A stretch of DNA of 64,000 bases from Trichechus inunguis (lineage: Eukaryota), in NCBI GenBank assembly GCA_046562895.1, contig CM102164.1, forward strand, positions 32,587,842 through 32,651,841, given 5' to 3'. Below the pieces are notes generated by a model that saw only the letters and a list, made by a program, of their open reading frames with translations, was not told the origin of the DNA and searched no databases. Position numbers and translations under genes: made by a program. This document shows, in pieces, positions 1 to 13,479 of the stretch. How positions within the stretch are numbered: position 1 is the first letter of the stretch; each line of letters starts with the position of its first letter.

Positions 1-761
1 CTGCAGTGAGAACTAACCTTTTATCAAAGTCAGTGTCACCCTTTGAGAATCTAATGAAAGCTACAATCCCCATCTATGCCCCAAAACACAGAAATACACA
101 CCACGTTGCATAGGATTTGGGGGTATTAAAGAACCCTTCTGAAGCCCATCTATTGATTATACATTAACTTTTGGAGTAACATATTCATTAATACCTTTAA
201 AATATATTTTAAAAATAGTTCATTAAATATGCATTTTAAAATGAAGAAGGATCTTTAACAATGTAAGTAGAATAACAATAAGAAGTTATTTTGTCCATAC
301 CATAATGCATATTAAAGTATTTCAAATAAATGAAAAGCAATCAATAACCTCAATATAGATATTTCATCTTTGCCATGAATTTTTATTCTATAAGTAGACT
401 ACACAATTATAATTTGTAAGTGATACCAAATGTGAGATTCCAATACTTAATTTGTTTTTCTTTTCTCTAAAATAGGATTTACCTATTTGAGAGATTCATT
501 TTATTCAGATGTTTTTCTTAAATGAAAAAATTTTCCTCAATTTTCCCAATACAACGTCAAAACTGCTTTAATTTATTCATCTCCCCAACCTCTTTCTTCT
601 GCCGACAGTATGCAATAGGTTGTATCTTCAAGCTTTATACTTAAAGGCACAGTCAAATGAAAACAAGCACACTATGGATCTTTCAAACAAAGAAATGGCT
701 CAATAATAAAGCCTGGCTACTACATTGTCACATTTCTTACTCCTGTCAACATAGATAATAC

Positions 762-873
762 CTTTCTTCAATATTAACCATTTCTGAGGAATCACCAATT
801 TGTTTTAAGTTCGTATCATTCTCTTCCAGAATCTGTTTCGTCATTTTCTCCCAACATGATAAAATACCTTCTC
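762..873 (-). CDS. CENPJ: CENPJ (CPAP) coding exon, 112 nt, encoding [38 protein letters not shown]
   Basis: The minus-strand translation matches the human CENPJ segment [35 protein letters not shown]. The acceptor is tttatcctag|GAGAAGG (AG at 874-875 on the plus strand as ct). The donor is GAAGAAAG|GTATTATC (GT at 760-761 as ac). Reading phase is continuous with the upstream exon. Confidence 0.8.
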
Positions 874-2383
874 CTAGGATAAAAATTAGGAACATTTTAG
901 TTCAAGAAAAGCAGGTTAAAGTCTTAAAACTTGAGAATTTTACAAGCTACTATGCTAGAAAATTTTTTAGTTATAAGTAATGTATGGCAAAGATTCTAGA
1001 ACTCTCAAGGATTTCCTTAATCTGATAAAGAAAAATTACAAATTCCTAATAAAACATTTGACATTCTGCAAAAGATTAATGCTACGAAAAAAAAAGGAGC
1101 TTTCTAGATTAAAAAAGACTAGAGAGTTATAAAAACTAAATGTAATGCATGAACTTGGACTGGATCCTGGTTTTTAAAAAAACAGCTATAAAAAACATTT
1201 TTGGGATAATGGGGAAATTTCAAAATAAAAGAACTGTTAATTTACTTAGGTATAATAACGGTGTTGTGGTTACACAGAGGAATGTCCTAATTTTTACTTG
1301 ATGCCTGCTGAAACATGTGGGAATTAAGTAACATAATGTGTACATATTACTTTTAATAAAACGGTTCAGCAAAATATAAATGTAGATACATAAATATACA
1401 GTCATAGACATATATATTCACATACATATAAGACAAAGTAAATATGGCAAAATATTAACTGTTAAATCCAGATGCAACTATTACAGTTGTCTTTCATCTT
1501 TTCTGGATATTTGAAATTTTCTAAATAAAAGGCTAGGGGAGCATACTGTTTAAAAAGACATTTGATCTTTCCATACCAAAGAATTAACTCTAAATTAGGA
1601 ATTAGGTATTATACACAAAGGTGTCTAACTTTAAGTAGTAAGTTATCTTTTCTTATTTGTATTCTTCAGTAACTTAAATTACTCAAAAGAAAGCATTCAT
1701 GAAAGCACATTTCTAATATAAAAAATACTGGCAAGAATTTTGTACTAACTTAAAGAACACTAAATATTGGTATATAATTTGATGAACAGTATACAGTCAT
1801 TAAAATTAAGGTTATGAAGAGTACAGAACTACAAGCATTTCCAACGCTCAATAGGAAAGACAATATTATCATAGAATGTTTAAAAAAAAAAAAATGCCAG
1901 AATAGGACTAAAAAGAAAAAGACTAGAAGAAAATACATCAAAAGTGCCAAGAGAACTGAATTTGTTTATACCATCAAATGCTGAAAGCCAGTTATATGCC
2001 AGGAATGTTGTAAGGTGCTAGGAAGACAGAGGTATAGTGGATGAACAAACTTGAGTGTCTGGATTAGGGCGGAATTTTTTTTTTTTTTTAATGAGTAATA
2101 ACTTCCACCAACCTATTTCTCAAATTTCACATTTTCTATCATGTCTCCTCCTACCACCACCACCAGCACCACACACACTTTAAAGCAACTTCAGACTATT
2201 TCTAAGCTCTCAAGGAAAAATGGTACATGCAGAAATATTGCCTCCCATTTAAAAGACTCCATGCTAATATGTAAGGTTTGAAGTCAGCCTGAGTATTGCT
2301 ATTGCTCTTGGAAAGTCACAAATCCTATGCCCTGCTTTGGGTCCAATTCAGGCTTATGGTTGCACAGCATGTACTACTACTAC

Positions 2384-2583
2384 AACCTGTTGCTATCAAG
2401 TCGATTCCGACTCATAGTAACCCTAGAACAGATAGTAGAACTGCCCTGTAGAGTTTCCAAGGCTGTAATCTTTATAGGAGCAGATCGTCAGGTCTTTTCT
2501 CCTCTGGAGCAGCTGGGTGGGTTTGATCTGCTGATCTTTTGGTTAGCAGCCGAGTGCTTAACCACTGTGCCATCAGAGCTCCT
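2384..2583 (-). mobile_element. AfroSINE (tRNA-derived afrotherian SINE)
   Basis: This is the reverse complement of the consensus ggagc(c/t)ctg(g/a)tggcacagtggttaag...gctgctaaccaaaag...gttcgaa(t/a)ccacc...ggggcagttctactctgtcctatagggt(c/t)gctatgagtcggaatcgact. Confidence 0.85.
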
Positions 2584-2719
2584 TGCACAGCATGCAGGGC
2601 CATACAATTACAGCTATAATGGACAGGGTAAAAAAAAATGCAGAAAGGATTCTCTTGTCTTAGGAAAACTTCATAACACTGTTATTTAAGTACAGAAGAG
2701 AGAACTATAACTAACTCAC

Positions 2720-3019
2720 CAGAAGGATGGCGATGGTTTTCTTCCTTCAAATCATTTTCTTTCACAGGTGCTTCCTGACACTGTGCCGCACAAAACAAAC
2801 TGGGAGAAGCACTACTTTTTGAAGTTAAGACAAAATCTTGATTAGCAGTTCTACAGAAGTTGTTTTGTTCATCCAATAAAATGCTGGAAGTGTACACTTT
2901 TTCTTGAGTTTGATTCTGGTGAATAAATGATGGTAAGAAGGGCGTGGTTTTATCTACAGTAGCTGAAGTACATGGAGCTCTATACTCTTGGCTCTGACCA
3001 TCAGGCAGTAAAGTTGAAG
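2720..3019 (-). CDS. CENPJ: CENPJ coding exon, 300 nt: ...LLPDGQSQEYRAPCTSATVDKTTPFLPSFIHQNQTQEKVYTSSILLDEQNNFCRTANQDFVLTSKSSASPSLFCAAQCQEAPVKENDLKEENHRHPSG
   Basis: The minus-strand translation aligns with the human CENPJ stretch LSLLPDDQSQKHRSPGNTT...[22 protein letters not shown]...[20 protein letters not shown]. The acceptor is aattacaag|CTTCAAC. The donor is CATCCTTCTG|GTGAGTTAG, a canonical site. Phase 1 in and phase 1 out are consistent with the neighbouring exons. Confidence 0.85.
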
Positions 3020-3227
3020 CTTGTAATTAAGAAAAACAAAGCTGATGACTTTCGGCAACATTTTCTCTTCAGCATACTTGTGACTCCCATCCCACAAATT
3101 ACTCTCCAAAGGAAAGTGGCAAAAATATATTTTTTTTCCTTACTAGAAAACTGTGTTTAACATTAAATTTAACATTCCAAAATGAACTTCATATAATTTT
3201 AATTAAGAGATGTTTACACTACAGTGT

Positions 3228-3380
3228 GAAACCCTGGTGATGCAGTAGTTAAGAGTTCAGCTCCTAACCAAAAGGTTGGCAGTTTGAATCCACCAGCTGC
3301 TCCCTGGAAACCCTATGAGGCAGTTCTACTGTCCTATAGGGTCGCTAAGAATTGGAATTGACTTGATGGCAACAGGTTGT
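3228..3380 (+). mobile_element. AfroSINE
   Basis: gaaaccctggtgatgcagtagttaagagttcagctcctaaccaaaaggttggcagtttgaatccaccagc...cctatagggtcgctaagaattggaattgacttgatggcaac. Confidence 0.85.
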
Positions 3381-4659
3381 ACTACAGTATATGTGCAGAC
3401 AATCTGTACATGGTAGAGCTGCAGCTCTGCCTAACTCCAGAGGACATCATTCACATTCCATCTGAGAAAGCAATGATGCAGCCCTGTGACAGACACAGAG
3501 CACTAATGCAGATATTTACAAATGATGTGAATTGTTCCCTAAAGATTAATAATTGTTCTATGTGACGGCATATAAAAGTATTGTCTCTTTAGACTACCAT
3601 TAACATAGTTCCTTAGGTAGGGGAACTACAGGTGATTTTTCCTTTTTGTACTTTTCTGTATTTTTTAAATTTCCTATACTACTTTTTGTTTGTTTTGCTT
3701 TTTAAATGTATGCTTTTGGAATAACCCAGTAAACAGAGAGAAGATTCCCCAAAACAGTGGCCATGCTGTGATATACTTAAGAGATTAGATGGCATCCTAT
3801 CCATCCTGCCTGCTATCCTAACCCCTTGAAATCCTGCTACTAGCCCTCTGTTCTCCCAGACTGTCTCGCCTAAATGTGGAAGACACAATAGAAAGTGTTT
3901 TATAAACGGTCCACTGCTACCTATCATTTCAACCCCCTATCTATCTCACTCCCAGTCCACAAATAAAACTAGAGAATCAGGTAGGGCCTCACTGAATATA
4001 AGGTTTAATCTCCCTTCCTTTACAGCAATACCCTCCCCTCTTCAATATTTTTGACAAATGGTCATCCCACTAAAACGTGAAGATGTCTTTGACAAAAGCA
4101 GTTCTCAGTACGTTCTCTGTAGACCCCTGGGTGTCCCTGAGACCCTTCCAGGGCATCCAAAAGGCCAAAATTATTTCATAACACTATTAAGATATATTCA
4201 CCCTTTTCACTGTGTTGACATTTGCATTGATGGTACAAAAGCGATGCATAAAACTGCTAGCTCATTAGCTCAAAGTATTATTTTATTAAATCTCACCCTC
4301 TGAATACATGTCTTTTCAACATTCTATGGGACAAAATGGTAAGTACACAAAAAGCATTTATGCCAAAACATGGTTGTTTTAAGTAATCGGTTTAACGGCA
4401 ATGGGTTTCTTTTATGGTAAGGAAAAGCACTTGTGTAATTGTTTGAGTTGTAAGCTCACCTAGCCACTTTTTTCAAAGAACATCAGTTTTACTTGAAAGA
4501 CTGAATGACAGGGGACATAGTTATGGATACTTCTTAGGCACAACCAAATACCTCATGAGATTGGTTTTCAGGGTCTGAAGACTTAGGACCATAGTCTCAT
4601 GGGACAAATTTAGTTAAATGGCATAATATAGTTCACGAAGTGTATACTCTACATCCCAA

Positions 4660-5352
4660 AGGGAAGAGTAGTGTCTGGGGTCTTAAAAGCTTTTAAGCAG
4701 CCATCTAAGATAAAATACGTAACTATCGATCTCTGTTCGTCTGAAACAAAAGAGACAGAAGGAAACCAAAGGCTCAGAAGAAAGTCTACAGGACTAATAG
4801 TCTACACGAACCACTGCCTCAGCTACCCTGAGACCAGAAGAACTAGATGGTGTCTGGCTACCACTACCAACCGTTCTGCTCATGGCCAAATAAACAGACG
4901 TTGACAGAACAGGAGAAAAATGTGGAACAGAACTCAACTTCTTAGAAGTCCAGACTTACTGGACCAGTTGAGACTAGAGGACTCCTCAAGACTATTGCCC
5001 TGAGATAACTCTTGAAACCTTGAACCAAAATCATCCCTAGAAGTCACCTTTTAGTTAAATAACAGATTGGCTCATAAAATAAAGAATATCACATATGAGT
5101 AATGAGCTCCTTTAAAAAATCATCTATATGAGATCAAATGGTCAAAAATTTCTCTAAAACAAAGACGAGAAGGTAAGGGGGCAGGGAAACTAGAGTACTG
5201 GAAATGGTACAACCAGAAAAGAATGAATGAGAAAGATGACACGTGAAAAAGGTACCAATACCACTGAATAACTTGTGTAGAAATTGTTAAATGGGAATCT
5301 AATTTGCTGTGTGAACGTTCACCTTAAACATAATAAAATATTAATTTAAAAA
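4660..5352 (+). mobile_element. L1 3' UTR fragment (afrotherian L1 family with a long 3' UTR), sense orientation, ending in poly(A)
   Basis: It is homologous, as the reverse complement, to the 3'-UTR segments at 6050-6790, 52420-52910 and 54440-55230. The shared motif is gggtcttaaaagctt..agccatctaagat. It ends in aaaatattaatttaaaaaaaaaag. Confidence 0.6.
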
Positions 5353-6004
5353 AAAAAGATTGAATGACAAACTATGATTATTTAAACCTGGGTACAGGAC
5401 AGACATTTTCTCAAAAATGAAACAAGTGAACCAGTCACCTCAAGGAAAACAACTGACAATGTTTGGTGTCAATGACAAATTTCAGCTTTCAAGTAAAAAC
5501 TGCAATTTTGGAAATTTGCTATATTAGTGAATATAATTTTTTTATATTGTATCATGAAATATCTCAACATTTTGAAGACCTACATAACTAAGTGAACCAT
5601 TATCTTTCAAATAACCAGTGCATATTACCAAATCACATATGATACGATTCATTAAAAACACCAAGATATCAGTATATATTTTAATGTAATAGATTATAAA
5701 AGTTCATCAGTAGGGTTTCAGAATCTATATGGGAAAATAACTGCCTAGAAACAACCATTTGTTGAGTTTTGGTGCAACATCCAAGAAGAATAACCACAAT
5801 TATCTGAAAAAGGTACTAAAATACTCCCCTCCTTTTTTGAAGTACATACCCATGTGAGGCTGGATTTTTTTCCCACATACTTCAATCAAAACAACATGTC
5901 TCAATAGACTGAATACAGAAATAGACAGAATCAGATGACTTTTCTTAAGCCAGAAGTTAAAAAGATTTTCAAAATATAAAACAATGCCATTCTTCTCACT
6001 AAAT

Positions 6005-6790
6005 TTTTTTGTTTTAGAAAAGTTTTCATTAAAAATGTTATTTATACCACATAATTTTTTTTTATTGTGCTTTAGGGGAAGGTTTATAGAGCAAATTAGT
6101 TACTCATTAAACAATTAATACACATATTGTTTTATGACACTGGTTGCCAACCTCGCAAGGTGTCAACACTCTCCCTTTCTCGACCTTGGGTTCCCCATTT
6201 CCATTCATCCAGCTTTCCTGTCCTCTCCTGCCTTCTCGTCCTTGTCCCTGGGTTGGTGTGCCCATTAAGTCTCATATACGTGGTTGAGCTATGTGTATTA
6301 CTGTTTGTTTCGTGGGCCTGTCTAATCTTTGAAGGGTGACTCTGAAAAGTGACTTCAGTACTGAGTTAAAAGGGTATCCAGGGGCCATACTCTCAGGGTT
6401 TCTCCAGTCTCTGTCAGACCAGTAAATCTGATCATTGTGAGTTTGAATTTTGTTCTACATTTTTCTCCAGCTCTTTCTGGGACCCTCTACTGTGATCCCT
6501 GTCAGAGCAGTCAGTGGTGGTAGCTGGGCACCATCTAGTTGTGCTGGACTCAGTCTGGCGGAGGCTGTGGTAGTTGTGGTCCATTAGTCCTTTGGACTAA
6601 TCTTTCCTTTGTGTCCTTGGTTTTCTTCATTTTCCCTTGCTCCAGGGAGGGTGGGACCAGTAGAGTATCTTAGATGGTCGCTCACAAGCTTTTAAGATCC
6701 CAGATGCTACTCACCACAGAAAATAAACTATGTTACGCCAATTGAGCTAGATGTCCCCCAAGATGGTTTATTATTATTTTTTATTAATTT
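6005..6790 (-). mobile_element. L1 3' UTR fragment, 5'-truncated, antisense orientation
   Basis: It begins with poly(T) then attgtgctttagggg. The same block, namely ttgtgctttaggtgaa...ctctcccttctcgaccttgggttcc...gtcagagcagtc.atggtggtagc.gggtaccatctagttgt...gagtatcttagatggtc.ctcacaggcttttaaga, recurs directly downstream (antisense) of L1 ORF2 ends at 52420-53340 and 54440-55330. Confidence 0.65.
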
Positions 6791-8041
6791 TTAAATTTCT
6801 CAGTTTCAATTTCTAGTATATTGATACATACAGACCCTATAACAAATGCTCTTTGGGGTCTTCCATAACTGAAGAGTGTTAAGGGGTCCTGAGATAAAAA
6901 AAATTGAAAATCACTGTCTTAAAGCAATCTGTTCCATGACTGAATGGGGCTATTTCTTATATTAATAACTTTGAAATCACCTCCCTGTCACTCTACCATA
7001 ATGCTATTTCTACCTGAAAATCTATCACAGGCTATTATTTAAGTGATCTTAATTATTCTTTTTATGTATTCCATAAAGAAACCCAGAACATTCAAATATT
7101 TCAAGATACATACCACATGGTATCTATCTTCTCCAAGATAAAAATTCCCTCAACCATTCTTCATTTGCTGGACTGCCTAACCGCCACCTCCCTGTTCCCC
7201 ACTTAGTCATAGTTTGCACACTTATTTGCCAATTTTTGTTTGTTTGTTTGTGTACTCAATGCCTAGCATAGTCTCTCAGCAGAACGGGCACTTTCCTGAA
7301 TCAGTAGTGTGTTTCTTAAAAGGTAGGACCAAGAAGCAAACACATTACTCCAAATCACTGTTTTTCAAACTGTGGGGCACATTCCATTAGTAATTTTATC
7401 ACCACATGCAATAGGTCATGACCAACAGTTTATAAAACAACATGGAATAGAATAAATAAAATAGAAAATATCCTTTACATGCCAGAACACCAAAAAGGAC
7501 AGGTTTATGAAATTTCTGTTTCATTATGTTATGATTTAAAACATTTTTGTTACTATAGAATATAGTCAACTTGCAAAGTCATTCCTCCAGATCATATTTC
7601 AACAGGTTTTTTTTTCCCTGATAAGCAAATACATCATGCTTTCTATTAACTCATCTAGCATACAACAGAAGAATACTGTCATCTGCTACCACGAACTATT
7701 TTTGGTATGGCTGCCACACATATTTACCTTTATGGCCCCTGAGCAGTTTTTTATGCATCAGGCAGCTGTAAACTACTGGCCCTGAACAAAATTTGGCTTC
7801 TTTAATAAATGTGAATGCTTTTAAGCATGGCACACACTCCAGAATGTCACAATTCCTATTTGTCCCAATTATATTACACTGTCACCATTTCACACATTTA
7901 TCTGCCTAGACCCTATGAGACTAGAGTTTGCAACATATGATGGAGGAATGGTAGAAATAGCCTAATAAGCAACTAAACGTAAGAAATGTATGCAACTATG
8001 TATCACTGTACTAACTGAAGGGCCTACATTAGCAAAAATAC

Positions 8042-8165
8042 CTGGCAATGTATGTTGCTCAGACACCATAGTAAGCAGCTTCTCTTGTTCTTCCATGAGT
8101 CTTTGTAGTTGCTCTAACTGTTGCCTCTTCAGTTGTTCCTGCTTCTTCTGTTGTACTTCCTTCAG
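8042..8165 (-). CDS. CENPJ: CENPJ coding exon, 124 nt: [41 protein letters not shown](G)
   Basis: The coiled-coil segment is identical in pattern to human [47 protein letters not shown]. The acceptor is ttttatgtttaaaaag|CTGAAGG. The donor is ACATTGCCAG|GTATTTTTGC. Confidence 0.85.
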
Positions 8166-8239
8166 CTTTTTAAACATAAAATCAACCATATTAAATTAAC
8201 ATTTCTTCACAGATCCTTGCTCCTTATATTTATGTTTAC

Positions 8240-8445
8240 CCCTCCCACCTCTTTTTTTTTCCAATTGTGCTTTAGATGAAGTTTTACAGAACAAATTAGT
8301 CTCTCGTTATACAATACATATATTATTTTGCGACATTGGCTACCCACCCCATGACGTGTCAAAACTCTCCCCTTATCGACTGTTACCAGCTTTCCTGTCC
8401 CCTCGTGCCTTCTCGTCCTCCCACCTCCCGTTTCTTATCTTCCTT
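8240..8445 (-). mobile_element. Short L1 3'-UTR terminal fragment in CENPJ intron 2
   Basis: It has a poly(T) head at cctcttttttttt then ccaattgtgctttagatgaagttttacagaacaaattagtctctcgttatacaatacatatattattttgcgacattgg...ccatgacgtgtcaa, the same terminal sequence as the 6005-6790 copy. Confidence 0.55.
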
Positions 8446-8876
8446 AATAAAGAGTTTCAAAGAGAGATTCCTAACTAACTAAAGCTGCTACCAAAAATCT
8501 AAAATCCAATATCTTATGAAGGAAATCATATCAACCATCTCAAGTAAGAAACAGAAACAGCCATATCAATCCTTTGATTCTTAAAGTAGGGTACGCAACT
8601 GTATGTTTATGATCATCAGCTTTTTCTCCCTAATACGTGACCAACCATTTCTAATTTAATCAAATGAGGTAGCAACTTAAAGATACTAAGTGTTATGTAT
8701 ATATCTTACATATTTAAAATGTTTTTTAATGTTTCACATGAGACAAAGGGAAAAATTTGGTATACTGAGGATTTCAGAGCAAGGGAGAAGAAACAAGAAG
8801 ACCTGGAAGAGGTGACTTTTCAACATAAACAGAAACCTGCAGTAACACAAATACATATCAGGTAATCCTGCTCTAC

Positions 8877-9320
8877 CTGTTCAAGTTTATTAAAAAGTGG
8901 GTCTTTATAAGCCACTTCTTTGAATTCACTTGCAAGATCTAGGATGAAGTCATTTTTGTTATCTTCCCAGTGTCCAGGAACATCCTTATGTGCCACTATT
9001 TGTGGTTTCTTTTTAGTTACAGAAAAGACTGTATGTGTTTTAGATTTATCTGATTGTAGTTTGTAAGAGCTGTTAGTCTCCAACTTCTGTTCTTCATGAA
9101 GCAGATCTTCTTCATTTATAAAGCCGAAGCTATTTGAAAAATGTGTAGCTTTAATAGGAAAACTAGTAGAAAGATTCACAGCTGCTTGATTCTGTCCTTC
9201 TGCTTCCAAAACAGGAAATCCACGATTTAATATGACCCCAGCCCGAGAAGGATTGGTCATCCACTGGGTTAAGAAGTTCTGCCCATTGTTTAATTCTGAA
9301 GAGGCTGGCATCAGGAACAT
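8877..9320 (-). CDS. CENPJ: CENPJ first coding exon (coding part): [42 protein letters not shown]...DPLFNKLEQ. The exon extends to about 9360 as 5' UTR.
   Basis: The 148-codon ORF starts at an ATG whose complement is at 9318-9320. Its N-terminus matches human [45 protein letters not shown]... The donor is AACTTGAACAG|GTAGAGCAGG at 8877. An upstream acceptor cttttccag|TTTTTCC puts the exon start near 9360. Confidence 0.85.
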
Positions 9321-10439
9321 TTCAGTCCAAAGACAGTGTTATATTAAAGTAATGGAAAAACTGGAAAAGCTACTGATTTCCAATACCTGTAGACAGAAAA
9401 TAGCCAAGAAAAAATATTAGTTAAAGCTATTAGATATTCTACTCCAAACTAGCCCAAATCTCAACCCAATACAAAAATGTACTAAATATTTCATATACAA
9501 AAGATGCTTACTAACAAAGCAAAAGGGCATTAAGCTACATATCTTTTTAAAAGTCTTAAATATCCCAATTGATTGGTTCAAATAACCTAAGATCTACCAA
9601 ACAATAGTTTAGCTTAACTAGTAAAAAATATCTGCCTTGAGCATTATGCTCTTTTATGAACCATCTATATGGGATAAAATTGATAACAGCAACTTGAAAG
9701 ATTAGATAAGAACCTGGAGGGGGACAATGAGTATATGGAACAACTCTGAAAAGGAGGGTGAGAATGATTTTACAATTTTAAGAATGTAATCAATGTCACT
9801 AAAAGGTACATGTAGAAACTGTTGAATTGATGTATGTTTTGCTGTGTATATTCTCAACAACAACAAAATAAATAACCTAAGATTCCTTCTAGTCCAATCA
9901 TTCAATTACTGACGATTTTATACAAGTGACAAATCAGTTGACCTAAAACTATGGGAGCTAAAACACCTTCTAAGTTATTTAATTACAAAAAAATAAAGCC
10001 AGTATCAATATCAGATATTACCCATATGAAGCACCTTCACGCTTCTGTCCCTAATCTGGCATTGCTTCTTTGCCCAGCTAGGGAACCTATGTTCTCCACA
10101 GTTCCAGAACAAAAATCACCCGGTCCCCTGACCCTCCACCATGGGGCTCCTGCCTTCAAGAGTGATAAAAAGTGTTCTTTATCTTTATTTAGGTTGTGAT
10201 TACACTGATGTACATAAATTTAGACAGTACACTTAAGATTAGTGCTCTTTACTGGATATATGTTATTCCTTAATAATTCTTTAAACCTGTTTTAAGTAAA
10301 CTAATTCTAATTGTTTTTTAGTTGGAAGTCTATATAAAAAGATAACAGCATTTCACCAAATGGTAACCTTGGTTAAATTTCAATGACCTTGGCAGAAAAC
10401 CTTTTGAAATCCAAATTCAGGAATGAGACAAGCTACAAG

Positions 10440-12910
10440 ACCATTTGGTATGACATCAAAAACTATAAGGAGGGGCTTTCCCTTTAAGATCGGGAACAAG
10501 ACAAGGATGTCCACTCTTACCGCTGTTGTTCAATATTGTACTGGAAGTCCTAGCCAGAGCAATTAGGCAAGGAAAAGATATAAGACCTATCTAAACCAGG
10601 AATAAAGAAGTAAACTATCCCTATTCACAGATGACATGATCCTAAATAGAGAAAATCTCAAAGAATCCACACACAAAAGAAAAAAGGTAATAGAGCTAAT
10701 GAATTCAACAAAGTGGCAAGTACAAGATCAACACATAAAAATCAGTTGGGTTTCTACACATCAGCAATGAGCAATCTGAAAAGAGAATTAAGAAAACAAT
10801 TCCATTTACCATAGCATCTAAAAGAATAAAACACCTAAGAATAAACTTAACCAGGAGGTGAAAGACTTATAAACTGAAAACTATAAAACATTGCTGAAAG
10901 AAATTAAAGAAGATCTAAATAAATGGACCACAACTTATCTATCAGTTTGTTGTACCATAGTGACTTGTGTATTGCTATAATGCTGGAAGCAATGCCACCG
11001 GTATTTCAAATACCAGTAGGGTTACCCATGGTGGACAGGTTTCAGCAAAGTTACCAGACTAAAACAGACTGAAAGAAAGTTCTGGCTAATCTACTTCTGA
11101 AAATTAGCCAATGAAAATCTTATGGATCACAACAGAACACTGCCCAGTTTGCTTGCTTTGGACACACTATCCAGCAAGAGGGACCACTGGTTGAGGAGGA
11201 GGATGAAGAGGGCCAGCAAGGGCAAGAAAGACACTTGGTGAGCTGGAGTGGCACAACAGCTGCAGTGATGGACTTGAACATGCCAGCCATCATGAGGATG
11301 ACACAAGACTGGGCAATGTTTCATTCTGTTGTATGTAAAGTCACCATGAGTTGGAGTTGACTCAACAGCAGCCATCTATCTAAATAAATGGAAAGACATT
11401 CCATGTTCATGGACTGGAAGACTCAATATTGTTAAGATGTCAATACTACTCAAAGTGATTTACAGATTCAATGCAATCCCTATCAAAATTCCAGCAGCCT
11501 TCTTTGTGGAAATGGAAAAGACAATCTTCAGATTTATCTGGAATTGTAAGAGGCCCCAAATAGCCAAAGCAAATGGACTATAATGTAAAATGGACTAAAG
11601 AATCCAGAAACAACCGATTTTGGCAAGGCTGCTAAGTTCATCCAATGGGGAAAGAACAGTCTCTTCAATAAATGAAGCTGGGGCAACTGGACCTCCACAT
11701 GCAAAATAATGAAGCTGGATCCATACTTCACACCATATATTAAAATTAACTCAAAATGTATCAAAAACCTAAATGTAAGAACTGAAACCATAAAACTCTT
11801 GGAACAAAACATACGAGCAGCACTTCAGGATCTAGTTTTCAACAATGAATTCTTAGATACGACACCAAAAGCACACACACACAAAAAAAAAAAAACAAAA
11901 TAGATAAATTGGACTTCATCAAAATTTAAAACATCTGTGCATCAAAGAACTTTTATCAACAAAGTGAAGAGACAACCTACAGATTGCGAGAAAATATTTG
12001 GGAACAATATATATCACAAGGATTTAATATCCAGACTATATAAAGAACTCCTACAACACAACAACAAAAAGACAACCCAATCTAAAAACTGGCAAGGGAC
12101 TTGAACAGCCATTTCACTAAAAAAAGATACACAAATGGCCAATAAGCAAATGAAAAGATGCTCAACATCGTTATCCATTACGGAAATACAAATCGAAACC
12201 CCAATGAGATACAACCTCACTCCCACTAGGATGGCTGTTATCAAAATAATAAGTTTTGGTGAGGAGGTGATGAAACTGGAACCCTCATCCATTGCTAGCA
12301 GGATTGTAAAATGGTGCAGCCGCTATGAAAAACAGATAGACAGTTCCTCAAAAAGTTAAACATAGAGCTACCAGATGACCCAGCAATTCCACTCCTAGGT
12401 ATATACTCAAAAGACTGAAAAGTGGAAGTCAAACAGATTCTTGTACACCAATGTTCATTGCAGCACTCTTCACAATAGCGAAAAGGTAGAAACAACCTAC
12501 ATGTCCACCAACAAATGAACTGGTAAACAAAATATGGTATATACATACAATGCAATATACTCAGCCATAAAGAGAAATGAAGTCCTGATACATGCTACCA
12601 CATGGATGAACCTTGAAAACATTATGCTAAGTGAAATAAGTCAGTCACAAAGGGACAAATACTGTATGAACCCATTTACATGAAATATCCAGAGACCAAA
12701 ATTTATTAGTGGTTACCAGGGGAGAGAGGAAGGGGGGCACTGCTTAGGGGGCACTCAGCTTCTGTTCAGGGTAACAGAAAAATTAGATAATGGTGATGGT
12801 TGCACAACATGATGAACACAATTAATGTCAATGAAATCGTACATGTAAAAAATGGTGAATTCGCAAGTGTCTTATTATATATATTTCACAATTTTTTTTA
12901 ATATTTTAAA
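10440..12910 (+). mobile_element. L1 (LINE-1) 3' portion: ORF2 RT/C-terminal region to the 3' end, sense orientation
   Basis: It carries typical L1 ORF2 sense motifs, including caaggatgtccactcttaccgctgttgttcaatattgtactggaagtcctagccagagcaattagg. The C-terminal region reads ...ccaatgttcattgcagcactcttcacaatagcgaaaaggtagaaacaacctacatgtccaccaacaaatgaactggtaaacaaaatatggtatatacatacaatgcaatatactcagcc... The 3' tail is ggttaccaggggagagaggaagggg. Confidence 0.85.
10960..11390 (+). mobile_element. RTE-derived 3' fragment inserted into an L1
   Basis: It ends with gggcaatgtttcattctgttgtatgtaaagtcaccatgagttggagttgactcaacagcagcc, homologous to the RTE/AfroSINE 3' terminus at 35215-35290. It interrupts a continuous L1 ORF2 sequence. 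Confidence 0.5.
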
Positions 12911-13479
12911 AATTAAAAAAACAAAACTAGAAAAGTTCCCTAATAGACGAACACTACGTGTTATATAACGTTGTCACCGGGCATCTGCATCTTTCCCCCA
13001 CTTAAAGAAAAACAAAAGTCTATACCTTCATTTCAGTTTCATTACTATGACCCTAAAAGTATACTTAATGTTAGCATTAAATATAAAAATACTGTTTTAC
13101 CTCAATCTGCTATTCATTATTGATAATAAGCCTATGTAAAGGAAGCATTTATAGCAAAAAATGCCTAGACAGGATTAGTATGTGGACTCTAGAGTTTACA
13201 GATATCAAAATCCTACTGAAACAAATTGTGTCAGCCTTGAAACGTCTATATAAACGCTCTTAAAGCCATTTAAAAAAAAAAGAAGATAAACTCTCTGCAC
13301 CCTGAGGAAAAAAAGGCCCTGAAAAGTAAACGGTTGGTTTAGGAAGTGATTAATAAGTTCGCCAAAATAAAACCCTTCCTTGAAACCCTTATTACTCGTC
13401 AAACGCCACAAATCTATAGTGAAACTTTAAAACAGAAGCACTTTACAGGGATGAAAGCGATAAGCCCACACAGAGGACA

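Noticed and set aside
2327-2689. 120-aa plus-strand ORF adjacent to the CENPJ exon
   Set aside because: The ORF is the antisense read-through of an AfroSINE (2384-2583). The real coding exon here is on the minus strand at 2720-3019.
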